Source: Polaromonas sp.
GTDB lineage: Bacteria > Pseudomonadota > Gammaproteobacteria > Burkholderiales > Burkholderiaceae_C
Direction: 5' to 3'
DNA: 64,000 bases
Assembly: GCA_040400945.1 (NCBI GenBank)
Contig: JBBAPG010000011.1
Span: 10,400-74,399, forward strand
Below are positions 13,102-22,502 of the stretch, in pieces. A program made the position numbers and the translations under genes. Under the pieces are notes generated by a model that had not been told where the DNA came from, did not search any database, and was given only the letters and a program-made list of their open reading frames with translations. The first letter of the stretch is position 1; each line of letters begins with the position of its first letter.

Positions 13102-13620
13102 TCAGGTCTGCAGCAACTGGCCATGTTCGTACACGCTGGCATCTGTGGTGATGAGCGCCAGCGGGTAGCGTTTGCCGGCCAAATAGTCGTCCATGCACTT
13201 GAGCAGCAGCGGGCTGCGGTGCCGCTCAGGGCAGGCGCGAATGTCGGCTTCGCTCATCCAGATCGCGCGCTCAATGCCTTCGTCCAGCGCCTGGCCGGGC
13301 ACAAAGGCGCCTAAGTCGCCGCAAAAGGCGAAGCGCAAGTAGGTGATGTCTTCCATCTCGCCGTTGACCAGCTTTTCAAAGCGCGAGAGGTACACACCCA
13401 CGAGGGCTGTGGGCTTGAAGTGAAAGGCGGTTTCTTCCAGCGCTTCGCGAGCGCAGCCTTCGATCGGGCTTTCGCCTGGGTCCAGATGGCCGGCCGGGTT
13501 GTTCAGGCGCAGGCCGTCCTGGGTGTGCTCTTCGACCAGCAAGAACTCCGTCGTGCCAGCAACTTCCCGGGCGATCACGGCGGCGACCGTGGCGCTGGGT
13601 TTCCATCGGGTAGTACTCAT
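13102..13620 (-). CDS. NUDIX hydrolase
   Basis: The Nudix box is GHLDPGESPIEGCAREALEETA. Confidence 0.8.
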   Translation of the reverse strand: MSTTRWKPSATVAAVIAREVAGTTEFLLVEEHTQDGLRLNNPAGHLDPGESPIEGCAREALEETAFHFKPTALVGVYLSRFEKLVNGEMEDITYLRFAFCGDLGAFVPGQALDEGIERAIWMSEADIRACPERHRSPLLLKCMDDYLAGKRYPLALITTDASVYEHGQLLQT

Positions 13621-13661
13621 CTTGGTAATTATCCCCTGCCCCGCCGCCCGTCCCGCGCTGG

Positions 13662-15374
13662 CTATTCGCGCGAGAAACGTACTTTGAGTTGCCAGCTGCC
13701 GTCAGACCCTGCCGGCGCCCGGGCAATCAGCTGTCGGGTGTTCGGGTTGGGACTGTCGTAGTCATTGCGCGGAGCCGCGATATCGGCCACCTCCAGTCGG
13801 ATGCCTGGCCCCTCGAAACGCACATGCAGGGTTTTTCCTTGCTGGGTCAAGTTGGCATGGGCACCTTCGATGCGCACGTCCGCTTCGGTTGTCATCGCCC
13901 AGCGCAAGGCACGACCAGGCGGCGCGCCCTGCACCTCGTCGTCCATCTGGACGGCGTCGCCGTCAAAGCGCACGCGCCGCGTCGCTTGCTTCAGGTCGAG
14001 CACGGGCGCGAGATTGATCACTGCCTCTTTTTCGGCAGGCTGGAGCAGCGTGGCCATGCCGGTGGCGCTGTGCGGCTTGCCGTCCACGCTCAAGGTGTTG
14101 TGCGCGTCGCTCGCGAGCCGGAAAACTTTCCAGCGTGGAGAGTTCTGCTTCATGTTCCACAGGTCAATTCCGCGGGACTCCAGTGACTCATAGGCCTGCA
14201 TGCCGAGATCTTTGGCCCAGCGCACACCATCAAGATCCAGTACAAAACTGCCGCCGTCCATGTGCCCATGGTTGTGGTTGGCACCGCCCGCCTTGATGGC
14301 GAGGTAAAGCGCATTCGCGTCGGTCCAGGAACTGCGCCAGATGGCTACCGGCTGCGGCCCTTGACCGGTAAAAGAAAGCGGCAGCGCTTGCTGCGCCTCT
14401 GCGGCGGGCCACCACAGGGCTGCCAGCGGCGCAAAGCGCTCGCTCAGTCCCTGCTTTTTGCGAATCATTTCGCGCTTGGCCAGAAGCAGGGCCGGCTGCC
14501 TGAGTTCTTTGGCCAAGTAAAAAAGCGGCACGCCTAAGTCCTGACCTTCGCCGCCGTCGGCAAAGTTAAAAGACTTGCCCGTCGGGCCGACCGCATGAAC
14601 GAAAAATTCCGCGCTTCGCTTGAATCCCGGCGAGTCGAGAACGCCCCAATCAGTGCCCTGGGTGCTGCGCAATGCAGCGGCCAGCAAAACCGAATAGGTG
14701 GTGCCGTAAGCCCAGTAGCCGGGGCCTTCGGGATAAACGCCATCGGGTTGGTAAACGTCCAGCGACACCGAGACATCTTTTTGTGCCGCCTTGAGCAAAC
14801 TGGCAGCCAGTTCGGGCTCGTCATCGTGTACCGCCAGCGCACCGAGCACCATGCCGCCAATGGTGACCTGACCCCAGTTGTTGGTGCGCTTGAAGGTGGG
14901 GTGCCCACGGCGGGCCTGACCGATGCCGTGCTTGACGATGGCTTGGCGAAGCGTCGTGCGGTCGGCGGGTGACATCTCTGGGTAGAGCCAGTTGTACGCC
15001 AAAGCCATGCCGGTGGTCATCTCGGCCACGTCCAGATAATGCGCGGGGTTCCAGTCAGAAAAGGCGGCTACCGCCAGCATTTCACTGCGGGCCCGCTCAA
15101 AGAATTCGCGCTCGCCCGTGGTCTTGAAGGCAAAGCTCCAAAGCAGTACGCGCCGGATGAACTCGCGCGACACGCCCAACAAGCGCCGGCCTTCAGGTTT
15201 TCGCTCAAGCGGCATTAGCTTGAGGTCGCGGCGAGCGCGGTCGAGCAGCAGCTCGGCCAGCAGGTTCAGGTCGGCATCGCTCTTGCGCCTTTCAGCCAGT
15301 TGCTGCCAGTCCGCTTGAGTGGCGATGAGGCGAGGATGGGCAATCACTGGCGGCGCAGGCTGGGCGCTTGCCAA
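13662..15374 (-). CDS. heparinase II/III family polysaccharide lyase-like protein
   Basis: 570 aa. The sequence NHNHGHMDGGSFVLDLDGVRWAKDLG is typical of the heparinase II/III C-terminal domain, and the N-terminal half is an alginate-lyase-like helical region. The true start is probably upstream of the TTG at 15374 (see finding). Confidence 0.7.
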   Translation of the reverse strand: MASAQPAPPVIAHPRLIATQADWQQLAERRKSDADLNLLAELLLDRARRDLKLMPLERKPEGRRLLGVSREFIRRVLLWSFAFKTTGEREFFERARSEMLAVAAFSDWNPAHYLDVAEMTTGMALAYNWLYPEMSPADRTTLRQAIVKHGIGQARRGHPTFKRTNNWGQVTIGGMVLGALAVHDDEPELAASLLKAAQKDVSVSLDVYQPDGVYPEGPGYWAYGTTYSVLLAAALRSTQGTDWGVLDSPGFKRSAEFFVHAVGPTGKSFNFADGGEGQDLGVPLFYLAKELRQPALLLAKREMIRKKQGLSERFAPLAALWWPAAEAQQALPLSFTGQGPQPVAIWRSSWTDANALYLAIKAGGANHNHGHMDGGSFVLDLDGVRWAKDLGMQAYESLESRGIDLWNMKQNSPRWKVFRLASDAHNTLSVDGKPHSATGMATLLQPAEKEAVINLAPVLDLKQATRRVRFDGDAVQMDDEVQGAPPGRALRWAMTTEADVRIEGAHANLTQQGKTLHVRFEGPGIRLEVADIAAPRNDYDSPNPNTRQLIARAPAGSDGSWQLKVRFSRE

Positions 15375-15463
15375 GGCGCTGGCTGCAGTGAGCAGCGCAG
15401 CCGCCGCCGACGGCAGAATTGCCCGCAGCCACCTGTGGCCGGCCTGGAGGTGGTTCTCGTGGC

Positions 15464-16750
15464 TCAGACCCCCACCTTGAGAAATAGATCGCGGTCAGGC
15501 GCGAAATTGGCATGCAAGGGCAGCAGCGCGCCGCCCAGGGCACGGGCGTCCGAGCCGATGCTGCCTTCTACCACCGGCGTGCGCCACAAGCCTTCCCAAT
15601 CGTAGGAATCCATGGCGCTGCGGGTGCGCTCAATCAAACGCTGCAAAAGTGGGCCATGCAAGGAGCCGTCAATGACCACGGCCTCGATGTCCAGCAGGGC
15701 GCTGCTTGTGACCACGCAATGCGCCAGCGCCGTGGCGGCGTTGGACAACCATTCTTCAGTCGCGGCGGCAAAAGGCGGGCTCAAGGCTCGCGCATCGTAG
15801 GCGGCGCTGGCTTCCAGGCCGCCCGCTACAAAACGCTGCTCCAGCTCCCAGAGCGATGCACGGGTGATGAGTTGCTCAGGCAGGCCGCGCACGCTCCCTG
15901 ACGATGGTGCCTGTGCCTCAGGCAGCCCCAGCGGCAGGGATGCCACCGCACCGGCATTGCCATGCAAGCCCCAATGCGGCTGCGAATTGATCACCAAGCC
16001 GCCGCCCACAAAGGTGTCGACGAACACATACAAAAAGCTCTTGAGGTCTTTGCCGCGGCCCGCCACCAGCTCGGCCACGCAAGCGGCCGAGGTGTCTTTG
16101 GCCATGCTCACGGGCACAGGCGCGTGCTGCTGCAAGGCCGCGCCCAGGTTCAGCGCGTTCCAGCGCTCGGACTGCCCGGCTGACAAACCCAGCAACCGGT
16201 GCCAGCCACCCAGCCGCAGCGGGGTGGCCACGCCCACACCCACCAAGCGCGGCGCCAGCCCGCCAAGGCCGTCGATCATGTGGGCCAGACGCTGGGCCAA
16301 GGTGGGCAACAGCGTCTCTGCATCGGGGAACAGGTAGTTGATACTTTCGCGCTGCCGCACCCGACCCGTGAAGTCCACCAGCAGCCAATCGGCGCTACGC
16401 CGGCCGACCTTGATGCCGATGGAAAACGCACCGTCCGGATTCAGCGCCAGCGGCACCGAAGGCTGGCCAATGCGGCCGCGCACCGGCGCATGGCGCAGCA
16501 GCAAGCCGTCTTCCTCCAGCCGGGTCGTGATGAGGCCAATCGTCTGCGCGGTCAGGCCCGTGACGCGCGCCAGTTCGGCCTTGGGCAGGCTGCCGTTGAG
16601 ACGAATCGCTTGCAACACCACGCGCTCGTTGAATTGGCGCATGCCGACATGGTTGGAGCCGCGCGGTCGCAACGGGGCCGGGCCATCGTTGGCTTGGGCC
16701 TCATCGGCAGGGATCAAGGTTTCGGCAACAGGCGCAGTCACATCGTTCAT
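15464..16750 (-). CDS. ROK family transcriptional regulator (NagC/XylR-like)
   Basis: The N-terminal wHTH is MRQFNERVVLQAIRLNGSLPKAELARVTGLTAQTI, followed by a ROK sugar-kinase-like domain. Confidence 0.8.
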   Translation of the reverse strand: MNDVTAPVAETLIPADEAQANDGPAPLRPRGSNHVGMRQFNERVVLQAIRLNGSLPKAELARVTGLTAQTIGLITTRLEEDGLLLRHAPVRGRIGQPSVPLALNPDGAFSIGIKVGRRSADWLLVDFTGRVRQRESINYLFPDAETLLPTLAQRLAHMIDGLGGLAPRLVGVGVATPLRLGGWHRLLGLSAGQSERWNALNLGAALQQHAPVPVSMAKDTSAACVAELVAGRGKDLKSFLYVFVDTFVGGGLVINSQPHWGLHGNAGAVASLPLGLPEAQAPSSGSVRGLPEQLITRASLWELEQRFVAGGLEASAAYDARALSPPFAAATEEWLSNAATALAHCVVTSSALLDIEAVVIDGSLHGPLLQRLIERTRSAMDSYDWEGLWRTPVVEGSIGSDARALGGALLPLHANFAPDRDLFLKVGV

Positions 16751-17220
16751 GGGCGCAGCGTGTCGCCGAGTGCGCCTTTGCGCAAGATGAAGTTACCAAA
16801 AGGTTGCAGCTCGCCCGTGACCACGATGGCGTAAGCCGCGCGGGTGCGCTCATAAAAGGCAAAGCGCTCCACCGGCTCGGCACTTTGGCCCGGCTGGAGG
16901 CTGGGGGCGATTTGCGCCAGCACTTCACGTTGCAGGGCTGACAAATAGCCGCGCGGGCGGTCGCTGACTTCCATGAAGGCCACTGGGTGCGGCACGTCAA
17001 CAGCCAGGGGAAACAGCGAATCTACGGCTTCGATGGCGCGCAGCATGGACACGCCAGGCAGGCGCAGCACGGGCTTGCCCTGGGCCAATTTGTGGGCGGT
17101 GAAGTTGGCGTCAGCCAGCACCAGGGCGTCGTCATGGCCCATTTCGGCCAGCAGTTTCAGGAGCTCAGGGGTCAGCAGGGGGTTGATGTTTTTCAGCATG
17201 CTCGGAGGGGACGGCGACAA
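16747..17220 (-). CDS. RbsD/FucU family sugar mutarotase
   Basis: MLKNINPLLTPELLKLLAEMGHDDALVLADANF is the RbsD_FucU signature. There is a 4-nt overlap with the downstream ROK gene. Confidence 0.75.
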   Translation of the reverse strand: MSPSPPSMLKNINPLLTPELLKLLAEMGHDDALVLADANFTAHKLAQGKPVLRLPGVSMLRAIEAVDSLFPLAVDVPHPVAFMEVSDRPRGYLSALQREVLAQIAPSLQPGQSAEPVERFAFYERTRAAYAIVVTGELQPFGNFILRKGALGDTLRP

Positions 17221-17311
17221 GGATCAGGCAATGGAAGGGGCAACCCGGCTTCACGCCGGGCACGCCCTGAACTATAGTGACGCGACCTTATTAAATCAAA
17301 CTGCTTTAGTT

Positions 17312-18358
17312 ATGGATAACCCTGATTCTGCCCAGTCCACCGCTGCCTTAACTGCTGGCGCTCCCTTCACGGTCGTTACCGCCGGCGAGGCGCTGATTGA
17401 CCTGATCGCCCAGCCCGACGGCAACCTGTCGCCTTGCCTGGGCGGTGCAGTTTTTAATTTCAGCCGCGCGCTGGCCCGCCAGGCCGTGCCCACACGCTAC
17501 CTCAACCCCCTGTCGCAAGACCGCTTTGGCCGGCAACTGGCCGCCAGCCTCACGGCCGACGGCGTGCAGCTGGCCCGGCCCGAGCCGGTGGCTGAAGTCA
17601 CGTCACTGGCCGTGGTGGCGCTGGACGCGCGCGGCGTGCCTGACTACGCCTTTTACCGCCAAGGCGTGGCCGACCGCGCCATCACCTTGCCCGGCTTCAT
17701 GGCCGCATGCGACAGCGCCGCTGCGCCGGCACTGCAAGTGGTGGCCACGGGCTGCCTGGCGCTGTCGCCCGACGACGGTGCGGTGTATTTGCCTTGGCTG
17801 CAAGCGCAGCGCAAAGCCGGCCGACTGGTGGCAGTTGACGCCAACTTGCGCCTGTCCGTCATGCCTGACCTCGCCGCTTACCGCGCGCAAGTGCTGGCCT
17901 CGCTGGCCGCAGCTGATCTGGTGAAAGCCAGTGACGAAGACCTGGCCGGCTTGCAAATGCCCGGCGCCACGCCGCTGGCGCAAGCGCAGCATTTGCTCTC
18001 AAGCAGCGGCGCGCAAGCGTTGGTGCTGACGCTGGGCTCAGAAGGCGCCATGCTGTTGTTAAAAGACGGCCGCCAATGGCGCGGGCGCGACGCCGCGCCC
18101 GTGACGGTGGTGGACACCGTGGGGGCGGGGGACTGCTTTTTTGCGGGCTTTTTGGCCGGGCTCTTGGCTGCGGCCGAGGCACGTGCCGTGGCGCCCGGCG
18201 CCTTGCTGCGCGACCTGCAGACGCAAGACGCCAGCGCTTGCCTGGCCAGCGCCATTGCCAGCGCCAGCTACTGCGTCATGCAGCGCGGCTGCGTGCCGCC
18301 CACGGCAGCAGATGTGGCGCAGCGCGTGCAGGGCGTTGAAGTCGTGCAGCTGGTCTAA
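17312..18358 (+). CDS. PfkB family carbohydrate kinase
   Basis: Lies within ORF 16973..18358, with the ATG at 17312 as start. The N-terminal sequence is VVTAGEALIDLI and the C-terminal PfkB signature is VVDTVGAGDCFFAGFLAGL. Confidence 0.75.
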   Translation: MDNPDSAQSTAALTAGAPFTVVTAGEALIDLIAQPDGNLSPCLGGAVFNFSRALARQAVPTRYLNPLSQDRFGRQLAASLTADGVQLARPEPVAEVTSLAVVALDARGVPDYAFYRQGVADRAITLPGFMAACDSAAAPALQVVATGCLALSPDDGAVYLPWLQAQRKAGRLVAVDANLRLSVMPDLAAYRAQVLASLAAADLVKASDEDLAGLQMPGATPLAQAQHLLSSSGAQALVLTLGSEGAMLLLKDGRQWRGRDAAPVTVVDTVGAGDCFFAGFLAGLLAAAEARAVAPGALLRDLQTQDASACLASAIASASYCVMQRGCVPPTAADVAQRVQGVEVVQLV

Positions 18359-18365
18359 GAGGCCT

Positions 18366-19406
18366 TCAAGTCGGCGGCAACTTGGCCGCCAGCCCCTGCG
18401 CAAAATGCCCGCGCAAAAAGTCCACCAAACACTCCACCGCTTTGGGCACTTGCGCTGACCAGGGCCGCAGCGCGTAAATGCGCTCACCAAAAAAGCCTTG
18501 CGCCTGCCAGTCGGGCAACACGCGCACCAGCGGCGCCTGGCCTTGGGCATCAGCGGGCGGCAGGCTGAAGTCGGGCAAGAGGCCGATGCCCAGGCCGGCC
18601 AGCAAAGCCTCACGCAAGACCTCGCTGTTGTTGACCTTGAGCGAGCCGCTGACTTGGACGCCGACTTGCTCGGCTGAGCTGCTAGCCGTGTTGCCGACTG
18701 CAGCCGAGCCTGCTGCCTTGCGCCGCGACTTCCCGTTCGCGGCCTGTCGCACAAAAGTCCAGTTCGCCGCGTTGCCGCCCGCATTGCCCCCGGCGCTGCC
18801 AGCGCCGCGCAAATACAACAGGCAGTCATGCGCCGCCAACTCAGAAGGATTCGCCGGCGCGCCGCGCCGCGCCAAATAAGCAGGGCTGGCCAGCAACACC
18901 GACTGCGTTTCGCACAGCACCCAGGCCACGTGCGTGTCCGGCGGGTTGTTGGTGTGCCGAATCGCCAGGTCAAATCCTTCGTTGGCCAGATTCACAAAGC
19001 GGTCGGTCAATTCCAGCTCAATGTGAATCTCTGGAAAGCGCTGCAAAAACGCCGCGACAGCGGGGCCGAGATGCTGCCGCCCCAGCGCCACCGGCGCCGT
19101 GACGCGCACCAAGCCGCGCGGCGTGCCCACCAAATCTTTCACGGCCGTAAAACTCTCGCCAATGCGGCCGAAGGCGGGCAGCATGTCGTTCACCAACTGC
19201 TGCCCGGCTTCGGTCAGCCCCACCGAGCGCGTGCTGCGCCGCACCAGCAGCACGCCAGCTTGCCGCTCCAACTCACTGATGCGCATGCTGGCCGAAGCTT
19301 TGGACACGCCCAGCCGCCGCGCTGCTTCGGTAAAGCTGCGGGTGGCGGCCAGCACCGTGAGCAGGTGCAGGTCGGCGAGGAGAGGGGAGAGTTGATCGGT
19401 GGCCAT
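18366..19406 (-). CDS. LysR family transcriptional regulator
   Basis: The HTH is LLTVLAATRSFTEAARRLGVSKASASMRISELE. The gene is divergent from mmsA. Confidence 0.85.
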   Translation of the reverse strand: MATDQLSPLLADLHLLTVLAATRSFTEAARRLGVSKASASMRISELERQAGVLLVRRSTRSVGLTEAGQQLVNDMLPAFGRIGESFTAVKDLVGTPRGLVRVTAPVALGRQHLGPAVAAFLQRFPEIHIELELTDRFVNLANEGFDLAIRHTNNPPDTHVAWVLCETQSVLLASPAYLARRGAPANPSELAAHDCLLYLRGAGSAGGNAGGNAANWTFVRQAANGKSRRKAAGSAAVGNTASSSAEQVGVQVSGSLKVNNSEVLREALLAGLGIGLLPDFSLPPADAQGQAPLVRVLPDWQAQGFFGERIYALRPWSAQVPKAVECLVDFLRGHFAQGLAAKLPPT

Positions 19407-19426
19407 TGTTCATATTATTGAACAAT
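19405..19426. promoter_or_regulatory. perfect 8-bp inverted repeat (ATTGTTCA-N6-TGAACAAT), a candidate LysR-type operator
   Basis: Read directly at the 5' end of the LysR gene in the LysR/mmsA divergent intergenic region. It is AT-rich and palindromic. Confidence 0.35.
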
Positions 19427-19530
19427 GAAGTCAATTGAGGGCGGCTTATCAAAGACAGGGGCGAGGCCTAGAGTCGCGGCATGGATTCTGGCCTTCGCCG
19501 GAATGACGTGCGTTATCCAAGGAGGCTTTC

Positions 19531-21066
19531 ATGACCCAACAACCCACCCCCGCCGCCGGCCAGGCGCACATCGCTCACTTCATCGGCGGCCAGGTCGTGC
19601 CAGGCACGTCCAAGCGCCAGCAAGATGTCTTCAACCCAGCCACCGGCGCCGTGACCGGCCAGGTCGCGCTGGCCAACAGCGCAGATGTTTCCGCCGCAGT
19701 GGCCGCGGCCAAAGCCGCCTTCCCCGCCTGGGCAGACACACCACCCATCCGCCGCGCGCGCGTCATGTTCAAGTTCTTGGAACTGCTCAACCAACACAAA
19801 GACACGCTGGCGCACATGATCACCGCCGAGCACGGCAAGGTGTTCACTGACGCGCAGGGCGAGGTCTCGCGTGGCATCGACATCGTCGAGTTCGCTTGCG
19901 GCATTCCGCAGTTGCTCAAGGGCGACTTCACCGACCAGGTGTCCACCGGCATCGACAACTGGACGCTTCGCCAGCCCCTGGGCGTGGTCGCAGGCATCAC
20001 GCCTTTCAACTTCCCGGTCATGGTGCCGATGTGGATGTTCCCGGTCGCGATCGCCGCCGGCAACTGCTTCGTCTTGAAGCCCAGCCCGATTGACCCAAGC
20101 CCCAGCCTCTTCATGGCCAGCTTGCTCAAGCAAGCCGGTTTGCCTGACGGCGTATTCAGCGTGGTGCAGGGCGACAAGGAAGCCGTTGACGCGCTGCTGG
20201 TGCACCCCGACGTGCACGCGATTTCCTTCGTCGGCTCCACCCCGATTGCCAATTACATCTACGAAACCGGCGCGCACCACGGCAAGCGCGTGCAAGCCCT
20301 GGGCGGCGCCAAGAACCACATGGTCGTGATGCCTGACGCCGACCTGGACCAAGCCGTTGACGCGCTGATTGGCGCCGGCTACGGTTCGGCCGGCGAGCGC
20401 TGCATGGCGATTTCTGTCGCGGTGCTGGTGGGTGACGTGGCCGAGCGCCTGCTGCCCAAGTTGCAGGCACGCGCTGAGCAACTGGTCATCAAAAACGGTG
20501 TCAACCTCGACGCGGAGATGGGCCCCATCGTCACGGCCGCAGCGCATCAGCGCATCACAGGCTACATCGACCAGGGCGTCAAAGAAGGCGCCAAGCTCTT
20601 GGTGGACGGCCGCAAATTTACCGGCGCCCACGCTGGCGACGGTTGCGAGCAAGGCTTCTGGATGGGTGGCACGCTGTTTGACAACGTCACGCCCGACATG
20701 CGCATTTACAAAGAAGAAATCTTCGGCCCCGTGCTGGGCTGCGTGCGCGTCAAAGACTTTGCAGAAGCGGTGAATCTCATCAACGCGCACGAATTTGGCA
20801 ACGGCGTGAGCTGTTTCACCCGCGACGGCAACGTGGCTAGAGAATTCGCGCGCCGCATTCAGGTCGGCATGGTCGGCATCAACGTGCCGATTCCCGTGCC
20901 CATGGCCTGGCACGGCTTTGGTGGCTGGAAGAAGAGCCTCTTCGGCGACATGCACGCCTACGGCGAAGAAGGCGTGCGCTTTTACACCAAGCAAAAATCC
21001 ATCATGCAGCGCTGGCCCGAGAGCATCGGCAAGGGTGCTGAGTTTGTGATGCCGACGGCGAAGTAA
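19531..21066 (+). CDS. mmsA: CoA-acylating methylmalonate-semialdehyde dehydrogenase
   Basis: 511-aa aldehyde dehydrogenase family protein. The N-terminal sequence is HFIGGQ...FNPATG, the catalytic region is GERCMA, and the C-terminal sequence [24 protein letters not shown] is typical of MmsA. Confidence 0.9.
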   Translation: MTQQPTPAAGQAHIAHFIGGQVVPGTSKRQQDVFNPATGAVTGQVALANSADVSAAVAAAKAAFPAWADTPPIRRARVMFKFLELLNQHKDTLAHMITAEHGKVFTDAQGEVSRGIDIVEFACGIPQLLKGDFTDQVSTGIDNWTLRQPLGVVAGITPFNFPVMVPMWMFPVAIAAGNCFVLKPSPIDPSPSLFMASLLKQAGLPDGVFSVVQGDKEAVDALLVHPDVHAISFVGSTPIANYIYETGAHHGKRVQALGGAKNHMVVMPDADLDQAVDALIGAGYGSAGERCMAISVAVLVGDVAERLLPKLQARAEQLVIKNGVNLDAEMGPIVTAAAHQRITGYIDQGVKEGAKLLVDGRKFTGAHAGDGCEQGFWMGGTLFDNVTPDMRIYKEEIFGPVLGCVRVKDFAEAVNLINAHEFGNGVSCFTRDGNVAREFARRIQVGMVGINVPIPVPMAWHGFGGWKKSLFGDMHAYGEEGVRFYTKQKSIMQRWPESIGKGAEFVMPTAK

Positions 21067-21096
21067 AACGGATTCGCGATCGGGCGGTGATGGGAG

Positions 21097-21492
21097 TCAG
21101 TCGGGGAAGCGCTCAAGGTGCGTATCGCCCCGGCGGCCCAGGTAAACCACATGACGGCCTGCAATCCAGACCGTATAGCCCACACAACCTGCGCGCTGTG
21201 TCAGCTGCTTGAACTCCGGGTACATCACCCGGCCCTGCTGCGCACCCAAAATGGCGGCTCGAACAGCGTCGCGATCAAAGGCATCGGCGATGCCATGAAG
21301 AGGTCGCTCGAAATTGAAATCGATCACCTCGCCATCGGGGAAGTAATAGGTGGTTCGGCCAGAGCGGTAGTCCACATGGTAGGACTCCACCCCGGCGCTC
21401 ACCAGTTGGCCAATCACTTGGCCGAAGTGGATGGTGCCTTGGTTGGAGGCATCAAAGGTGGATTCGATGGTGGTGCGGGTAGCTTCATTCAT
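21097..21492 (-). CDS. DUF1398-like protein
   Basis: 131 aa. The call rests on the pattern IHFGQVIGQLVSAGVESYHVDY...TYYFPDGE. It rests on recollection only. Confidence 0.45.
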   Translation of the reverse strand: MNEATRTTIESTFDASNQGTIHFGQVIGQLVSAGVESYHVDYRSGRTTYYFPDGEVIDFNFERPLHGIADAFDRDAVRAAILGAQQGRVMYPEFKQLTQRAGCVGYTVWIAGRHVVYLGRRGDTHLERFPD

Positions 21493-21542
21493 GGGGCCGT
21501 ACCGTAGAGCACGGCCGTCGGCCTGTCAAATGCAGGCCAGCC

Positions 21543-22226
21543 TTACTTGGCCACCGCCATCACCGGCGCGGGCGCGGTCAGCGAAGCGAGCAAGGTCTTC
21601 AACGGCCGTGTCTCAGGTAGTACGTAAATAACACCGGGCTGCTGGCCGAGCGAGGGCTGCACCACGGCGTCAAAAAACGCGGGGTTCAGCACGACGCAAC
21701 CGAAAGACACGCGCTGCGCATTGCCAAGCTGTGCAGCACCGGCCAGACGCTGCATGCGCCCTTCTTGTGCAGCGCCGGGTCGCACGCGGTGAATCGCCAG
21801 CCCCGCGGCATAGTCAAACCATACGATGGCATCGCCGTGCAGGCCACGACCCGGCTCGGTGGCGAAGCGACCCGCAGGTGTGATGCGCTCATCAGGCCTG
21901 ATTTGCGACACCGGCTTGAGCCCGTTGCCCGGCACGTCCACGTCGCCCGCGGCCATGCCCAAGAGCGCGGGCGCTGCGCCCAGCAATTGACCCCGCGCAT
22001 TGAACACGCTGACTTGCGCGGCGCGCTTGTCCACCACCATGAAAGGCTTGCCGCCGTGGTCCCGCGAGGCCAGCACCCAAGCCAGGGTTTCGCGCGTTTC
22101 GGCGCTGAGGGGCAAAACTGCTTGCGGCTGAGCCATTGCGCCGGTGCTCACAGCCGCGCTGGCCCACAACACAGCCTGCACTGTCGCCGCCATCCACCCG
22201 CTGATTTTTCGTTCTGTATGTCGCAT
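21543..22226 (-). CDS. putative periplasmic L,D-transpeptidase-like protein
   Basis: It has a signal peptide (WMAATVQAVLWASAAVSTGAMA). The C-terminal ...AIHRV...RVSFGCVVL resembles the YkuD His/Cys motif. Confidence 0.4.
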   Translation of the reverse strand: MRHTERKISGWMAATVQAVLWASAAVSTGAMAQPQAVLPLSAETRETLAWVLASRDHGGKPFMVVDKRAAQVSVFNARGQLLGAAPALLGMAAGDVDVPGNGLKPVSQIRPDERITPAGRFATEPGRGLHGDAIVWFDYAAGLAIHRVRPGAAQEGRMQRLAGAAQLGNAQRVSFGCVVLNPAFFDAVVQPSLGQQPGVIYVLPETRPLKTLLASLTAPAPVMAVAK

Positions 22227-22334
22227 TCATCCGTCCGTCAAAGCGTCCTTCACAGGCCAAGCGAGAGCTCAGCCAAAAGCTGGACGGATGTTACGAACGA
22301 ACGGCTGAGCCACCTAATCCGGGCAAGCTCATGC

Positions 22335-22371
22335 AAAAGGCCGGACGCTCCCGTTTAAGGAGCGCCCGGCC
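22335..22371 (-). terminator. Rho-independent terminator downstream of glcB
   Basis: The minus-strand RNA would form GGCCGGGCGCUCC-UUAAACG-GGAGCGUCCGGCC followed by UUUUG. One position pairs as G.U only on the minus-strand transcript. Confidence 0.55.
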
Positions 22372-22502
22372 TTGGCAAACTGGGGCCTGCGAGGCCGACT
22401 TAACACTAAGGCTGCAAGCGTCAGACCCGACTCAGCGTTACACACTGCTTCATGTCTGACGGGCCTGGCAGGCCTTGTCCTACAGCTTTGCTTACCGCTG
22501 GA

